From positions 1-64,000 of the forward strand of contig CBDAOI010000004.1 of NCBI GenBank assembly GCA_965198005.1: a DNA stretch of 64,000 bases, written 5' to 3'. The notes beneath the pieces are model-generated. The model ran no database searches, had not been told where the DNA came from, and worked only from the letters and a program-made list of their open reading frames with translations. This document shows positions 44,587 to 55,189 of the stretch, one piece after another. A program made the translations under genes and the position numbers. Origin of the DNA: Spirochaetia bacterium (GTDB lineage: Bacteria > Spirochaetota > Spirochaetia > SZUA-6 > Bin103). Numbering within the stretch: position 1 is the stretch's first letter; each line of letters begins with the position of its first letter.

Positions 44587-47500
44587 ATGGAGCCGGTGGG
44601 TAAACAGGGCGCGGCCAGCCAGCAGACGGTAAAGCACGCATGTACTCCCCGGCCGGGGACGTTTGACCCGAGCCGCCGTGACACGGTGCTCGATTTGACG
44701 GATCTGGTCGATGGGCGCATCGATCCGGCGGAGTTCTTCGCCGAGAACTACATTACCGAGGGTATGCGCACGCTGCTCACCGAGGGATCCCGACGGCTGG
44801 AGGGGAAGTCCACTCAAGGCGTGTTCAAGCTCACGCAGGCGATGGGCGGCGGCAAGACCCACAACCTGCTTGCCTTCGGACTGCTGGCGAAGCACCCGGA
44901 GTACCGCCCCGAGGTAATGGGCGGTTTCTACACTCCGGACGCCGACCTGGGGCCGGTGCGCGTCGTCGCCTTCTCCGGGCGTGAGAGCGATGCGCCGTTC
45001 GGCATCTGGGGGGCCATCGCCGACCAGCTCGGCCGGAAGGAGCAGTTCAGCGACTACTATGCGCCCCTGTCCGCGCCGGGACAGACCGCGTGGGTGAAGC
45101 TGCTCCAGGGTGATCCGCTGGTCATCATGCTGGACGAGCTGCCGCCGTACTTCGTGAACGCGGCGGCGAAGAGCATCGGCAACTCGGACCTGTCGGTGGT
45201 CACGACGACGGCCCTGTCCAATCTGCTGGTCGCCGTAGGCCGGGATGAGTTGCGCAACGTCTGCGTGGTGATTTCCGACCTCAAGGCGACCTACGGCGCC
45301 GGCGGCGCCCAGATCGTCGCGGCGCTGGGCGATCTGGAAGCGGAAACCGGGCGTAGCGCGATGAACCTGGAGCCGGTGCGGATGAACTCGGACGAGTTCT
45401 ACCACATCCTGCGTTGCCGCCTGTTCGACCGGCTCCCGGATGAAGCCGGGATCGAGGCCGTGGCGCAAGCCTACCGGAAGGCCGTCCGTGAGGCGAAGCA
45501 GATGGACGTCACCAACGCCTCGCCCGAGCAGTTCGCCGTCGACGTCAAGGAATCCTACCCGTTCCACCCGGCGATCCGCGATCTCTACGCCCGTTTCCGG
45601 GAAAACCAGGGCTTCCAGCAAACCCGCGGTCTGATCCGCCTGATGCGCATCGTGGTCTCGCGCATCTGGGCGTCGGACCACGATCCCTACCTGATCGCCG
45701 CCCACGACATCGACCTGGGGAGTCAGGAGACGCTCACCGAGATCAACCAGATCAACAACACGCTCGGCAACGCCATTGCCCATGACATCGCCTCCGGCGA
45801 TAGTTCGGTGGCGGAGCGACTGGACGCCAGCCAGAGCGGCGCCAAGGACGCCCAGGACGTAATGCGCCTGCTGCTGATCGCCTCGCTCGCCAACGTGCCG
45901 AACGCCCTAAAGGGCCTTACGGTGCCCGAGATCGTGGCCGCCCTGTGCGCGCCGGGCCGCGACGTGTCGCGCATCAAGAACGAAGTGATCGCGCGTCTGG
46001 CCACCGCCGCCTGGTATCTGCACAGCACCAACGACGGCCGCCTGCACGTGCGCAACGTGCAGAACCTGGTCGCCCGCGTCACCACCACCGCCGGCGCCTA
46101 TCTGCGCGACCAGGCCACGCGCGAAGTCACGGAACGGCTGAGGGAGATCTTTCGCCCTGACGAGGGCTCCTGCTATCAGCGGCTGTTACCGCTGCCGGCC
46201 GTCGACGAGATCGACGTCGGCGCCGAGCGCGTCACGCTGATCGTGGCGGAGCCGCACCCGGCCGGTCTGCACCCGGACCTGCGCACCCTCTACGATCAGC
46301 ACACCTACCGGAATCGGCTGTGCTTCCTCACCGGTCAGCGGGCCTTCGACTCGCTGCTCGAAAGCGCGCGCGAACTGAAGGCCGTTAACCAGATCATCAA
46401 GGAGATGCACGAGGAAGGCGTGGCCGACGGCGATACGCAGATGCAGCAGGCGCGGGATGATCTCCTGCCCCGGTTCCTGAACCGGTTCCACAGCGCCATC
46501 CGGGAGACCTTCACCACGCTGTACTACCCGACGCGTGACCGGCTCGCCACGGTGGACCTGCTGATGGAGTTCCGCGACAATCACTACAACGGCGAGGAAC
46601 AAGTGCGGGAGGCCCTTGCGGGCAAACAGAAGTACACCACCGACGTCGCCAGCGACACGTTTCGCCGGAAGGTGGAGGCGCGCTTGTTCACGCAGCAATC
46701 GATGCCCTGGGCGGAGATCAAGCGGCGCGCCGCGACCTCGCCGGGGTGGCAGTGGCACCGTGCGGACGCCCTCGACCGGCTCAAGGCGGACTGCCTGCAC
46801 AAGGACCTTTGGCGCGAGGAAGGCAGCTACGTCAACAAGGGTCCCTTCCCCAAACCGGCGTCGACGGTACGGATCCGGGAAGAGGATCGCGATGACGAGA
46901 CCGGGGAGGCGAAACTGCGTCTGCGCCCGATCAACGGCGATAAGCTGTACGCTGAAGTCGGGGCCACCGCCACGCCGGCTTCCCGCCGGCTCGATCCGAC
47001 GCAAGCCTTCGACACGGCAGACCTCCGTGTGTCGTTTCTGGCCGTGGACTCGACCGGGCAGCACGAAACCGGCGAACCGGTGGAGTGGACCAACCGCATC
47101 ACGCTCCGATCCCGGCAATACGCAGACGGCGAGTCGCGCATGGTGGAGATTCGTTCGGCGCCGCCGGGGACGCCGATTCGCTACACTACCGACGGCTCCG
47201 ATCCGGCGATCGCGGGTGGGGTGTACGACGGTCCGGTCGCCGTGCCGGAAGGCAGCCGTGTGGTGCTCGCTATTGCGGAGAAGGACGGCATCGTCTCCGA
47301 GCAGCTACACCGTGAAGTCGCCGACGCTCCGGTCAGCAGACCGATCGACCGGGCCGCGCCAACCACCTGGACGCCGGGGAACCGCCTCGAATTCACCGCT
47401 ACACGTTCGACCTACGACTTCATCGCTCGCTTGAAGAAGCACGACGCACGGGTCGGTGGGCTGCGGGTCACCATCCAGACCGCTGGCGCACAGACCTGGA

Positions 47501-47697
47501 GCGAGTTGAGCCTGTCCGACGACATCGAGCTGAACGGCGATGAACTGGAGCGGATCATCGAAGCGCTGCGACCGCTGGTCGACGCTGGTGAAGTGGCCAT
47601 TGACGCCAAGCGCGTGGGCTTCGAGACCGGCCAACGGTTTCTGGACTACGTCGCCGACGCACGGTTGCAATATGACCGGGACGACGTGACGCCATGA
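44587..47697 (+). CDS. DUF499 AAA+ ATPase of a restriction-like anti-phage system
   Basis: Walker A 'QAMGGGKTH', Walker B 'IMLDELPPY', 'SYPFHP', 'FQQTRG'; Fn3-like 'IRYTTDGSDP'. Confidence 0.9.
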   Translation: MEPVGKQGAASQQTVKHACTPRPGTFDPSRRDTVLDLTDLVDGRIDPAEFFAENYITEGMRTLLTEGSRRLEGKSTQGVFKLTQAMGGGKTHNLLAFGLLAKHPEYRPEVMGGFYTPDADLGPVRVVAFSGRESDAPFGIWGAIADQLGRKEQFSDYYAPLSAPGQTAWVKLLQGDPLVIMLDELPPYFVNAAAKSIGNSDLSVVTTTALSNLLVAVGRDELRNVCVVISDLKATYGAGGAQIVAALGDLEAETGRSAMNLEPVRMNSDEFYHILRCRLFDRLPDEAGIEAVAQAYRKAVREAKQMDVTNASPEQFAVDVKESYPFHPAIRDLYARFRENQGFQQTRGLIRLMRIVVSRIWASDHDPYLIAAHDIDLGSQETLTEINQINNTLGNAIAHDIASGDSSVAERLDASQSGAKDAQDVMRLLLIASLANVPNALKGLTVPEIVAALCAPGRDVSRIKNEVIARLATAAWYLHSTNDGRLHVRNVQNLVARVTTTAGAYLRDQATREVTERLREIFRPDEGSCYQRLLPLPAVDEIDVGAERVTLIVAEPHPAGLHPDLRTLYDQHTYRNRLCFLTGQRAFDSLLESARELKAVNQIIKEMHEEGVADGDTQMQQARDDLLPRFLNRFHSAIRETFTTLYYPTRDRLATVDLLMEFRDNHYNGEEQVREALAGKQKYTTDVASDTFRRKVEARLFTQQSMPWAEIKRRAATSPGWQWHRADALDRLKADCLHKDLWREEGSYVNKGPFPKPASTVRIREEDRDDETGEAKLRLRPINGDKLYAEVGATATPASRRLDPTQAFDTADLRVSFLAVDSTGQHETGEPVEWTNRITLRSRQYADGESRMVEIRSAPPGTPIRYTTDGSDPAIAGGVYDGPVAVPEGSRVVLAIAEKDGIVSEQLHREVADAPVSRPIDRAAPTTWTPGNRLEFTATRSTYDFIARLKKHDARVGGLRVTIQTAGAQTWSELSLSDDIELNGDELERIIEALRPLVDAGEVAIDAKRVGFETGQRFLDYVADARLQYDRDDVTP

Positions 47698-48347
47698 GCG
47701 CAGCGTCCCGTGACCGGCCGCAGGGATTCGGGTTCCAACCCGAACAGTCGGAACACCACTTCGTCGTCACGATACCGGGCCGGGGGCGCGAGGAGGTGCT
47801 GATCGCCGAGTACCTGACTTTCGCGGCGGGAGGCGGCTACGCTCCACCGTCGCTCGGCATCGGCATCCAGGACGCCAAGCTGCGCGTCGCGCTGGCACGG
47901 CTCAAATGGGACGAGATAGCGGACGCGGCGCGGGTCGAGTTCAACCGGCGGCTGAAGAAGCACGGCTTGCCGAGCGGGCGCTGGAAACGGGGCGAGAATC
48001 CCGTGGCGCGGCTGCTCGGCAAGGAACTGACATTGCTGGCCTGGGCCGTTGAGGACGCTGATCCGGCACTCACTCCCACCGCCATCCGGAACTGGTTGGG
48101 CTTGGCGCCGGAGGAACGGTGGTGGCTGTTCACCATGACCAACGCTGCCACCGGCCATGCCCTGCACGGCAGGAACCGAGGCTGGCGCAAGGCGGTGCGC
48201 TTCGCACTCACCGAGAACCCGATCACCGCCGACAGTCGCGAGCGTCAGGCTGACCTGTTCCGACTGGTCGCGGCAGACCACGACGACTGGACCAACGGCC
48301 ATGGCCGCCGAACGCCGTCCGCCGCGGCGCCTCGGGCACCGACTTGA
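47694..48347 (+). CDS. DUF3780 protein
   Basis: 'GFGF.P..SEHHFVV', 'FNRRLK', 'LLGKELTLLAWA', 'PEERWWL', 'GWRKAVRFAL'; ATGA overlap. Confidence 0.85.
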   Translation: MSAASRDRPQGFGFQPEQSEHHFVVTIPGRGREEVLIAEYLTFAAGGGYAPPSLGIGIQDAKLRVALARLKWDEIADAARVEFNRRLKKHGLPSGRWKRGENPVARLLGKELTLLAWAVEDADPALTPTAIRNWLGLAPEERWWLFTMTNAATGHALHGRNRGWRKAVRFALTENPITADSRERQADLFRLVAADHDDWTNGHGRRTPSAAAPRAPT

Positions 48348-48349
48348 GG

Positions 48350-51300
48350 ATGGCGGTTGCCCAATCCGAGCTCGGCTTGGGTGAACCGGCGCTCGCCGCC
48401 GAGTGGCCCAGTTTCATCGAAACCCAGCTCCCGGTCTCCCTGCTTTCCAAGGAGAGCTACAAGGAGCGCAAGGCAAACTACAGTCAGACGCTGACCGGCT
48501 TGGGCAAGTGGTGGGGCCGAAAGCCGTTGATCCTGGTGCGCGCGGTGATCCTGGGGCTGCTCCTGCCCGCATCGGGCGACGCTCAGAAGGATCGAGAGGT
48601 CTTTCTTACGCTGCTGACCATGGACGCCGAAGGACTGCGGCGCCGGAAAAACCAAAACATTCCCTTGAAGGACGTGTACCGGCGGCTCGATGAGCACGAA
48701 CGCGACGCTTGGTTCGCCGCTGATACGGACGCGCGCAGGTTCAGACTAAGGAAAGGTACGACCGCCGAGAAGCGGCAGCGATTGCAGCTACTGGTGTTCG
48801 ATCGGCTCAGCTACGACGACAAACTCTCCTACTGCCATCGTCCCGAGCACATTGACGGCCTTTCCGCCAGCGCTTGGGAGGAGGTCAATGCCCACCTTGG
48901 CACCACCGCCGCGAGCCTTCCCGATCTGGTGCGCGAGCTGGGGATGCGGCGGTTCGGGCGCGTGCCCCGCGTCGGCGACGCCTTCTGCGGCGGCGGCAGC
49001 GTGCCGTTCGAGGCGGCGCGCATCGGCTGCGACGCGTATGGCTCCGACCTGAACCCGGTGGCGGCGCTGCTCACCTGGGGCGCGCTCCACCTCGTCGGCG
49101 GCGGCGAAGCGGTAGCCGCCGCCGTGCGCCGCGCTCAGGAGCGGGCCTACGGCGCAGTGGATCGACAGATCACCGCGTGGCGCATCGAACACAACGAGGC
49201 CGGCTGGCGCGCCGATGCCTTTCTCTACTGTACCGAGACACGGTGCCCGGAGTGCGGCTGGATGGTGCCCCTGGCGCCAACCTGGATGATCGGGGAAAAG
49301 ACCCGCACCGTGGCCGAGTTGGAGCCGCAGTCCGAGCAGCGGCGATTCGCCATTCACATTCGTTCGAGCGCGACTCCCGCATCGATGGCCGCCGCCCGTC
49401 GCAGCGGGACGACGCGGCAGTCGCGCCTCATCTGCCCCAATCCGAACTGTGGCGCTTCGACTCCCATGGCAGCGATCCGCGGCGATCAGCGGGGCGAGGG
49501 TGGCCGCGGCTACGGGTTGCGGCCATGGGACAGCGGCGATCTGCATCCGCGCCCCGACGACGTGTTTCAGGAGCGTCTGTACTGCGTGCGCTGGCGGCTG
49601 CCGCGCCTGGACGAGTTGCTGTGGGCCGAGCAGAAGAAGGACGCGCAGGACGCACCGCTCCCGGACTGGGTGTCCCTGGAACACGCCATCGGTGAGCTGA
49701 CCGCCTTCCTCGATCCTGGCGGCCGCAGGGAGCTTGCCCGCCTGCGCAAGCGTGACTGGCTGGCCGAAGACACCGCGCTCGCCGCCGTGCGCCGCGATCT
49801 GCAGGACGCGCGGCGGAACTCCGTTACCCGTGATGTCGACCGGCTACGGTGCCGCGTGAAGGACCTCGAATCAGCCCGGAAGCGGCGTACGGCACTGGTG
49901 GCCGCACTGACGAAGGCGGTGCCGGGCGCGCTGTACCGGGAGGTTCGATATGACGATCTGGAGCGGGAGGCCGCCGTACTCGCTCTGTTGCGGAAGAATG
50001 TTGCCGATTGGCAACGACGGGGCGTTCTGCCGAGCCGCGCGATTGCACCCGGAGACGAGACCACACGTTTGATTCGCGAGCGCGGGTGGACCCACTGGCA
50101 CCACCTGTTCACACCGCGCCAGTTGCTGACCAACGGGCTACTGCTCAAGCAGCTTGAGATAGCGTCCACGGATCCGGAACGCGTCGCCATGCTCCTCGGG
50201 GTGGGCCGCTGTGCCGACTGGAACAGCAAACTGTCCAGGTGGTGGACAGACAGTGGTCATGAGAAGGTCGTTCAGACGTTCAGCAATCAAGCGCTGAACA
50301 CTCTGATGACCTTCGGTAGTCGTGGCTACGCCGCTCTGTCAGATTCCTGGTTCTTGGAAGGCCGTCCGCTGCATCTTCATGGACAGTCCGCCGTTACGGC
50401 AACAGATGTTCGTGCCGTCGATTGTCCTGCCGACATATGGATTACGGACCCACCCTATGCGGATGCGATCAACTATCACGAGCTGTCGGAATTCTTTCTC
50501 GCTTGGTACGAGAAAGCGCTACCCGCACGGTTCCCGGATTGGTACGCGGATAGTAAGCGCGCGCTCGCGGTTCAAGGAGCCGGTGGTGCGTTTCGTCGCG
50601 CCATGGTGGACAGCTATCGTAATCTAGCGGCACGGATGCCCAAAGGCGGTCTGCAGGTCGTCATGTTCACGCATCAAGATGCCGCCATCTGGGCCGACCT
50701 GACGCTGATACTGTGGGCTGCCGGTCTTCGCGTAACTGCTGCCTGGACCATCGGCACCGAGACACCCTTCGGCGCGAAGGAAGGCAACTACGTACAGGGC
50801 ACGGTGCTCATGGTGCTGCGCAAGCAGACCACGGACGACACCGCCTTCCTGGACGAGGCCGTGCCCGAAGTGGAAGCCGAGGTCGAGCGCCAGCTTGCCT
50901 CGATGCGCGATCTGGACGACCGCGACGCGCCCAACTTTTCCGATGCCGACTACCAACTCGCCGCCTACGCCGCAGCGCTGCGCGTGTTGACCGCCTACCG
51001 CGCCATCGAAGACCTCGATGTATCCTACGAACTGTCGCGCGAGCGTCGGCGCGGCGAGGCCAACCCACTCGCCCGGATCATCGAAGATGCGGTGCGAACC
51101 GCCAGTAATTTCCTCGTTCCCGCCGGCCTGCCGGCGCACGTATGGCGTCGCTTGACGCCGGAGGATAAGCTCTATGTCAAGGGTCTGGAGGTGGAGTCCC
51201 ACGGTGACTACCGCGCCGGCGTCTACCAGGAGTTCGCCCGCGGCTTCGGCGTCGCCGACTACCGCCGCCTGCTGCACACCGGCAAGGCCAACCAGACCCG

Positions 51301-51574
51301 GCTCAGGACCGCATCCGAGTTGCAGCGTGCCGACCTGGCCGACGCCGGGCTGCTCCGGCACGCCCTCTACGCCGTTTGGCGGGCCGCCGAAACCGGCGAC
51401 GTAACGGACAGCCTTACGTGGCTGCACACGGAACTCGCTGACGACTACTGGCCGCAGCGCGAGGCCCTGGGCGATCTCCTGCGCTACCTCGCCACTCGGG
51501 ACATCGACCACTGGCGCACCGACGCCGACGCCGCCCGCATGGTGGCCGGAGCCGTGGAGAACGATCATGTCTAA
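48350..51574 (+). CDS. DUF1156 adenine DNA methyltransferase
   Basis: 'LTGLGKWWGRKPL', SAM motif 'DAFCGGGSVP', Zn-ribbon cysteines, catalytic 'TDPPY'. Confidence 0.9.
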   Translation: MAVAQSELGLGEPALAAEWPSFIETQLPVSLLSKESYKERKANYSQTLTGLGKWWGRKPLILVRAVILGLLLPASGDAQKDREVFLTLLTMDAEGLRRRKNQNIPLKDVYRRLDEHERDAWFAADTDARRFRLRKGTTAEKRQRLQLLVFDRLSYDDKLSYCHRPEHIDGLSASAWEEVNAHLGTTAASLPDLVRELGMRRFGRVPRVGDAFCGGGSVPFEAARIGCDAYGSDLNPVAALLTWGALHLVGGGEAVAAAVRRAQERAYGAVDRQITAWRIEHNEAGWRADAFLYCTETRCPECGWMVPLAPTWMIGEKTRTVAELEPQSEQRRFAIHIRSSATPASMAAARRSGTTRQSRLICPNPNCGASTPMAAIRGDQRGEGGRGYGLRPWDSGDLHPRPDDVFQERLYCVRWRLPRLDELLWAEQKKDAQDAPLPDWVSLEHAIGELTAFLDPGGRRELARLRKRDWLAEDTALAAVRRDLQDARRNSVTRDVDRLRCRVKDLESARKRRTALVAALTKAVPGALYREVRYDDLEREAAVLALLRKNVADWQRRGVLPSRAIAPGDETTRLIRERGWTHWHHLFTPRQLLTNGLLLKQLEIASTDPERVAMLLGVGRCADWNSKLSRWWTDSGHEKVVQTFSNQALNTLMTFGSRGYAALSDSWFLEGRPLHLHGQSAVTATDVRAVDCPADIWITDPPYADAINYHELSEFFLAWYEKALPARFPDWYADSKRALAVQGAGGAFRRAMVDSYRNLAARMPKGGLQVVMFTHQDAAIWADLTLILWAAGLRVTAAWTIGTETPFGAKEGNYVQGTVLMVLRKQTTDDTAFLDEAVPEVEAEVERQLASMRDLDDRDAPNFSDADYQLAAYAAALRVLTAYRAIEDLDVSYELSRERRRGEANPLARIIEDAVRTASNFLVPAGLPAHVWRRLTPEDKLYVKGLEVESHGDYRAGVYQEFARGFGVADYRRLLHTGKANQTRLRTASELQRADLADAGLLRHALYAVWRAAETGDVTDSLTWLHTELADDYWPQREALGDLLRYLATRDIDHWRTDADAARMVAGAVENDHV

Positions 51575-54509
51575 ACTCGCCGCCCCGTTGCGGGACGTTC
51601 TGGAACATACGGGCTACTTGGCCGGCGGCGAGCCGGCAGCGCCCAGTGTTGCGCTCCACGGGTCCGACAATCACGTTCGGCTCCCCTCGTTCCGGCCCGA
51701 CGCATGGTGGCGGAGCAGCCCGGAGGCGACCGCTTGGCCGGGACGCTCCGACCTCAAGGTGTACTTCAAGTTCGTCGAACAGCCCGATCCCGTTGTCGTC
51801 GCGGAGTGGCAGCGGGAGGTTTGGAACCAGGGTTTCTGCCCCCTGCTGTGGCTCGTGTCCCCGGAGCGGATCGAGATCTACAACGGCTTCGGAGTCCCCC
51901 GAGAGCGCGAATCGGCCAGGCGACACGTGCTCGACACCTTCCAGTTCGTAGAGGATGAACTGGCGCGGCTCGACCGGTTGGCGGGGCGTCTGGCCATGGA
52001 GACGGGCCAATTCTGGCGACAAAGACCGGACGTGAATCGCGCTTCCAGCGTCGACCGCCAGTTGCTGCGCGCTCTGGCCGCACTGAAGGGCGATCTGGAG
52101 GCATCCCCAGCCGGGCTCTCCGGTGCTGATGCGCAGGCGCTTATAGGCCGCTGCATCTTCACACAATACCTGATCGATCGGCGGATCGTGGATCAGGATC
52201 GGCTGGAGCAGATCTGCGGCCACCGGGAGTTGCCCGGGGTTCTGCTCAGTCCCGATGCCACCGCGCGCTTGTTTGGCTGGCTGAGGGCGAGATTCAACGG
52301 CGACATGTTCTCACCGACCGAAGAGTCGGTTCCTGCCGTCCGGCATCTCCGGCGGATGCGCGACTTCCTCACGGCAACCGATCCGGTCAGCGGTCAGCGG
52401 TCTCTATTCCCCTACCGCTTCGAGGTCATTCCGGTGGAGCTGATCAGCGCGATTTACGAGCAATTCGTCCACTCGACAGGCACCTCCGAGCAGGCGACCG
52501 GGCAGCAGGTTGACGTGTTCTACACACCGCTCACCGCCGTTTCGCTGGTGATGGACGAAGTGTTCGCCGACCTGACCGGCGCCGAGAGCGTACTCGACTT
52601 GACCTGCGGGTCGGGAGTCTTTCTGGTGGAGGCGCTGCGCCGGCTGGTCTACCTGAAGGCCGATGGCGGTGTACCGACCCGCGCCGCGATCAGGCAGACG
52701 CTGCACGAGCAGGTCTACGGCGTCGACGTAAGCCCGGAAGCGGTGAACATTGCCGCGTTCAGCTTGTACTTGGCGGCGCTGGAGCTCGATCCCGACCCCC
52801 GTGACGCCGATGGCGTCAAGTTCCAGCCCCTGGTAGATCGCTCGCTGCGCGTGAGCGACGCATTCCACGTGGACCTGGGACCGCGGAAGTTCGACGTCAT
52901 CGTTGGCAATCCACCGTGGAGCTTCCAAGGACGAATGGGGACCAGCGTCCGGCGCACACGTAGTCCAGGGGCTGCCCGGTCACCCCGCGGCGAGAGTCTC
53001 GACTTCGTTACACATGCCATGCGGTTCGCTCACGGCCGCACCAGGTTCGGCGTCGTTCTGAGCGCGACGCCGTTCTTCACCCGGAGCGCCACCGGTATCG
53101 CCGCCGCGCGGAGGCTGGTCGAATCGCTCGGCCCGGTGACGCTGGTCAACCTGTCGGAATTGTCGAAATGGCTGTTTCCGCGGGCCAACATGCCGGCGAT
53201 GGCGCTGGTCGCGCGGCACACGCGGCAGCGGGCGGACCGTATGACCCTGGTGCAGGCGCGCTGGTCGCCTGCGGGCGAGCTCAGTCACACCATCGAGATT
53301 GCGCCGGGAGACGTTACGACGCTGCCCATAGCCAGTTGGCAGCGCAACCCCGGCTTGTTCAAGGCGGCGTTCCTCGGGCGCCGTCACGACCTGCTGTTGC
53401 TCGACGACCTGTGGGAAAACCTCGAACCGCTGGACGCCCGGCTTCGCGCGCTCGGTACCGCGTTGAGGTCTGGCTTGATCTTCGGCGACCGCAGCCGCGA
53501 CTCGGAGTTTCTGAAGGGGCTTCCATTCGTCCAGCGGAGGGACATCGGTCACTTCATGCTGCCGCCAAGCCTGCCAAAGTTCGATCAGGATCGCGCGGAG
53601 AGGCCACGAGGAATTGACACGTATCGTGCTCCTCTTCTGCTCATCAAGGAGTTCCTACTCAAAAAACGCCCCCGCCTGTTTGTTGCGGTGGCTGAGCAAG
53701 ATACAGTGTATTCCGACGCCTGTTTCGGCGTGTCGTTTGGTGCCGCCGGGTCGGATGCAGCCCACCTTGCTGCAGGAATCCTCGGTTCAGCGCTGGCGAC
53801 ATGGTACTTCCTGATGACCGGTTCGGCATTCGGAATATGGATGCGGCGCGTGAAACGCTCGGACATCGGGGCCTTGCCAGCGCCCGACCTCGAGCAGGCG
53901 CTGGGGTCCGAAGCTGGGATACGCATCGTACGGCTCGTGCGCGCGTTCCATGACCGTGCGGGCGAGCCTGAATGGAGGTCGCTCGATGACGCGGTTTTCG
54001 ACCTTTATGGGTTCGACGACGAGGATCGTGTCGTCGTCCGGGACGGGTTATTTCAGGCGAGTTGGCAGTGGCAAAAAGGGAAACTGAACTCCGTCGAACC
54101 TGCCGATGAAGCTGACCTGAAGAAATACGCTCGAGCGTTCCTTGCGACGATGGACGCGTGGCTGGGCGTGGCGAATCGCAGACGGATGCGAGCCGAAATA
54201 TATCGTGTGCCGGATGAGGCGCCGCTCCGCGTCATCCGTTTCGTGCTGGAGGAAGCTCCCGGGCCGTCCCGCGAGGTGAAGGCCATCACGCCGAATGGGC
54301 CACTGAGCAGCGTGCTGGCCAGCATCGGCGAGCGAACCAGCGTGCGGATCACGGACGAACTGGTTGGACTGCGCGACCTGCGCGTCCACGCGGAGGACGA
54401 AGTCTCGATCATCAAACCGGCCGCGCGCCGCAACTGGTTGCGCGTTCAGGCGCTGGAAGATGCCGATGGCGTAGTGAGCGCCAGCGTGTACACCGGCGGC
54501 GCGCCGTGA
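51567..54509 (+). CDS. N6-adenine DNA methyltransferase (type IIG/Eco57I-like architecture with C-terminal specificity region)
   Basis: 'FNGDMF', 'IPVELISAIYEQF', 'FYTP', 'DLTCGSGVFL', 'GNPPW'; 980 aa. Confidence 0.88.
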   Translation: MSKLAAPLRDVLEHTGYLAGGEPAAPSVALHGSDNHVRLPSFRPDAWWRSSPEATAWPGRSDLKVYFKFVEQPDPVVVAEWQREVWNQGFCPLLWLVSPERIEIYNGFGVPRERESARRHVLDTFQFVEDELARLDRLAGRLAMETGQFWRQRPDVNRASSVDRQLLRALAALKGDLEASPAGLSGADAQALIGRCIFTQYLIDRRIVDQDRLEQICGHRELPGVLLSPDATARLFGWLRARFNGDMFSPTEESVPAVRHLRRMRDFLTATDPVSGQRSLFPYRFEVIPVELISAIYEQFVHSTGTSEQATGQQVDVFYTPLTAVSLVMDEVFADLTGAESVLDLTCGSGVFLVEALRRLVYLKADGGVPTRAAIRQTLHEQVYGVDVSPEAVNIAAFSLYLAALELDPDPRDADGVKFQPLVDRSLRVSDAFHVDLGPRKFDVIVGNPPWSFQGRMGTSVRRTRSPGAARSPRGESLDFVTHAMRFAHGRTRFGVVLSATPFFTRSATGIAAARRLVESLGPVTLVNLSELSKWLFPRANMPAMALVARHTRQRADRMTLVQARWSPAGELSHTIEIAPGDVTTLPIASWQRNPGLFKAAFLGRRHDLLLLDDLWENLEPLDARLRALGTALRSGLIFGDRSRDSEFLKGLPFVQRRDIGHFMLPPSLPKFDQDRAERPRGIDTYRAPLLLIKEFLLKKRPRLFVAVAEQDTVYSDACFGVSFGAAGSDAAHLAAGILGSALATWYFLMTGSAFGIWMRRVKRSDIGALPAPDLEQALGSEAGIRIVRLVRAFHDRAGEPEWRSLDDAVFDLYGFDDEDRVVVRDGLFQASWQWQKGKLNSVEPADEADLKKYARAFLATMDAWLGVANRRRMRAEIYRVPDEAPLRVIRFVLEEAPGPSREVKAITPNGPLSSVLASIGERTSVRITDELVGLRDLRVHAEDEVSIIKPAARRNWLRVQALEDADGVVSASVYTGGAP

Positions 54510-55177
54510 GCTTTGGTACCTTACATCCGGATGTCGGCCCCCGGTTCGTCGACATCGGGCTGGAGCGTAGCATCACGACGATGTACATCGTTGAGGCCGG
54601 CTGGCGCCGGGCGATGGGATCGGAGTCGGTTAGCATGCAGTCCGGCGAAGTAGAAATCACCGAGTGCCTACGCGAAGGAATGAGAGCGGAACTGAACGAA
54701 CGAACTGGAACTTGGTGCAAAAGGACGACGATTCTTCCCGGAACTGAATCCCGCTCCAGTTCGGCAACCTCGAAGCCGGACGGTCGCACGGACATACCCA
54801 TCTATTTCCAGGAGGTTCGCGAAACATTCGATGACCACGATCCGCATGCGATCATCGAGTGCAAGCGAGTGGCAGGGCAGGACGCGGCACTCTGCCGGCT
54901 CTACGTGGTCGACGGGATAGATCGCTTCGCAAGGGGGAAGTACGCCGAACGACATGCCGTCGCGTTCATGGCCGGGTACGTGCTGTCCGGCACCGTCGGC
55001 GCCGTAACCAGTAGGATCAACCGCTACCTGTCCGGCCGCGGGCGTGCCGCCGAGCACCTGAATCCGTGCACCGTTCTGGCCCAAGCATGGGCGCGCAGCA
55101 GTCGTCATCCCCGGCACCCACCGGCTGCGCCGATCGAACTGCACCACGCGTTCTTAACGGTTCAGGCGGTTCCCTGA
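54506..55177 (+). CDS. Putative PD-(D/E)XK nuclease
   Basis: 'E..IT', 'GRTDI', 'IIECKRV', 'Y...GIDRF..GKY'; GTGA overlap with the MTase. Confidence 0.7.
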   Translation: MSFGTLHPDVGPRFVDIGLERSITTMYIVEAGWRRAMGSESVSMQSGEVEITECLREGMRAELNERTGTWCKRTTILPGTESRSSSATSKPDGRTDIPIYFQEVRETFDDHDPHAIIECKRVAGQDAALCRLYVVDGIDRFARGKYAERHAVAFMAGYVLSGTVGAVTSRINRYLSGRGRAAEHLNPCTVLAQAWARSSRHPRHPPAAPIELHHAFLTVQAVP

Positions 55178-55189
55178 CGGCTGCGCCGC

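Noticed and set aside
44257-45783. 508-aa minus-strand ORF
   Set aside because: Antisense shadow of the DUF499 gene; only the last 60 codons (BrnT remnant) are meaningful.
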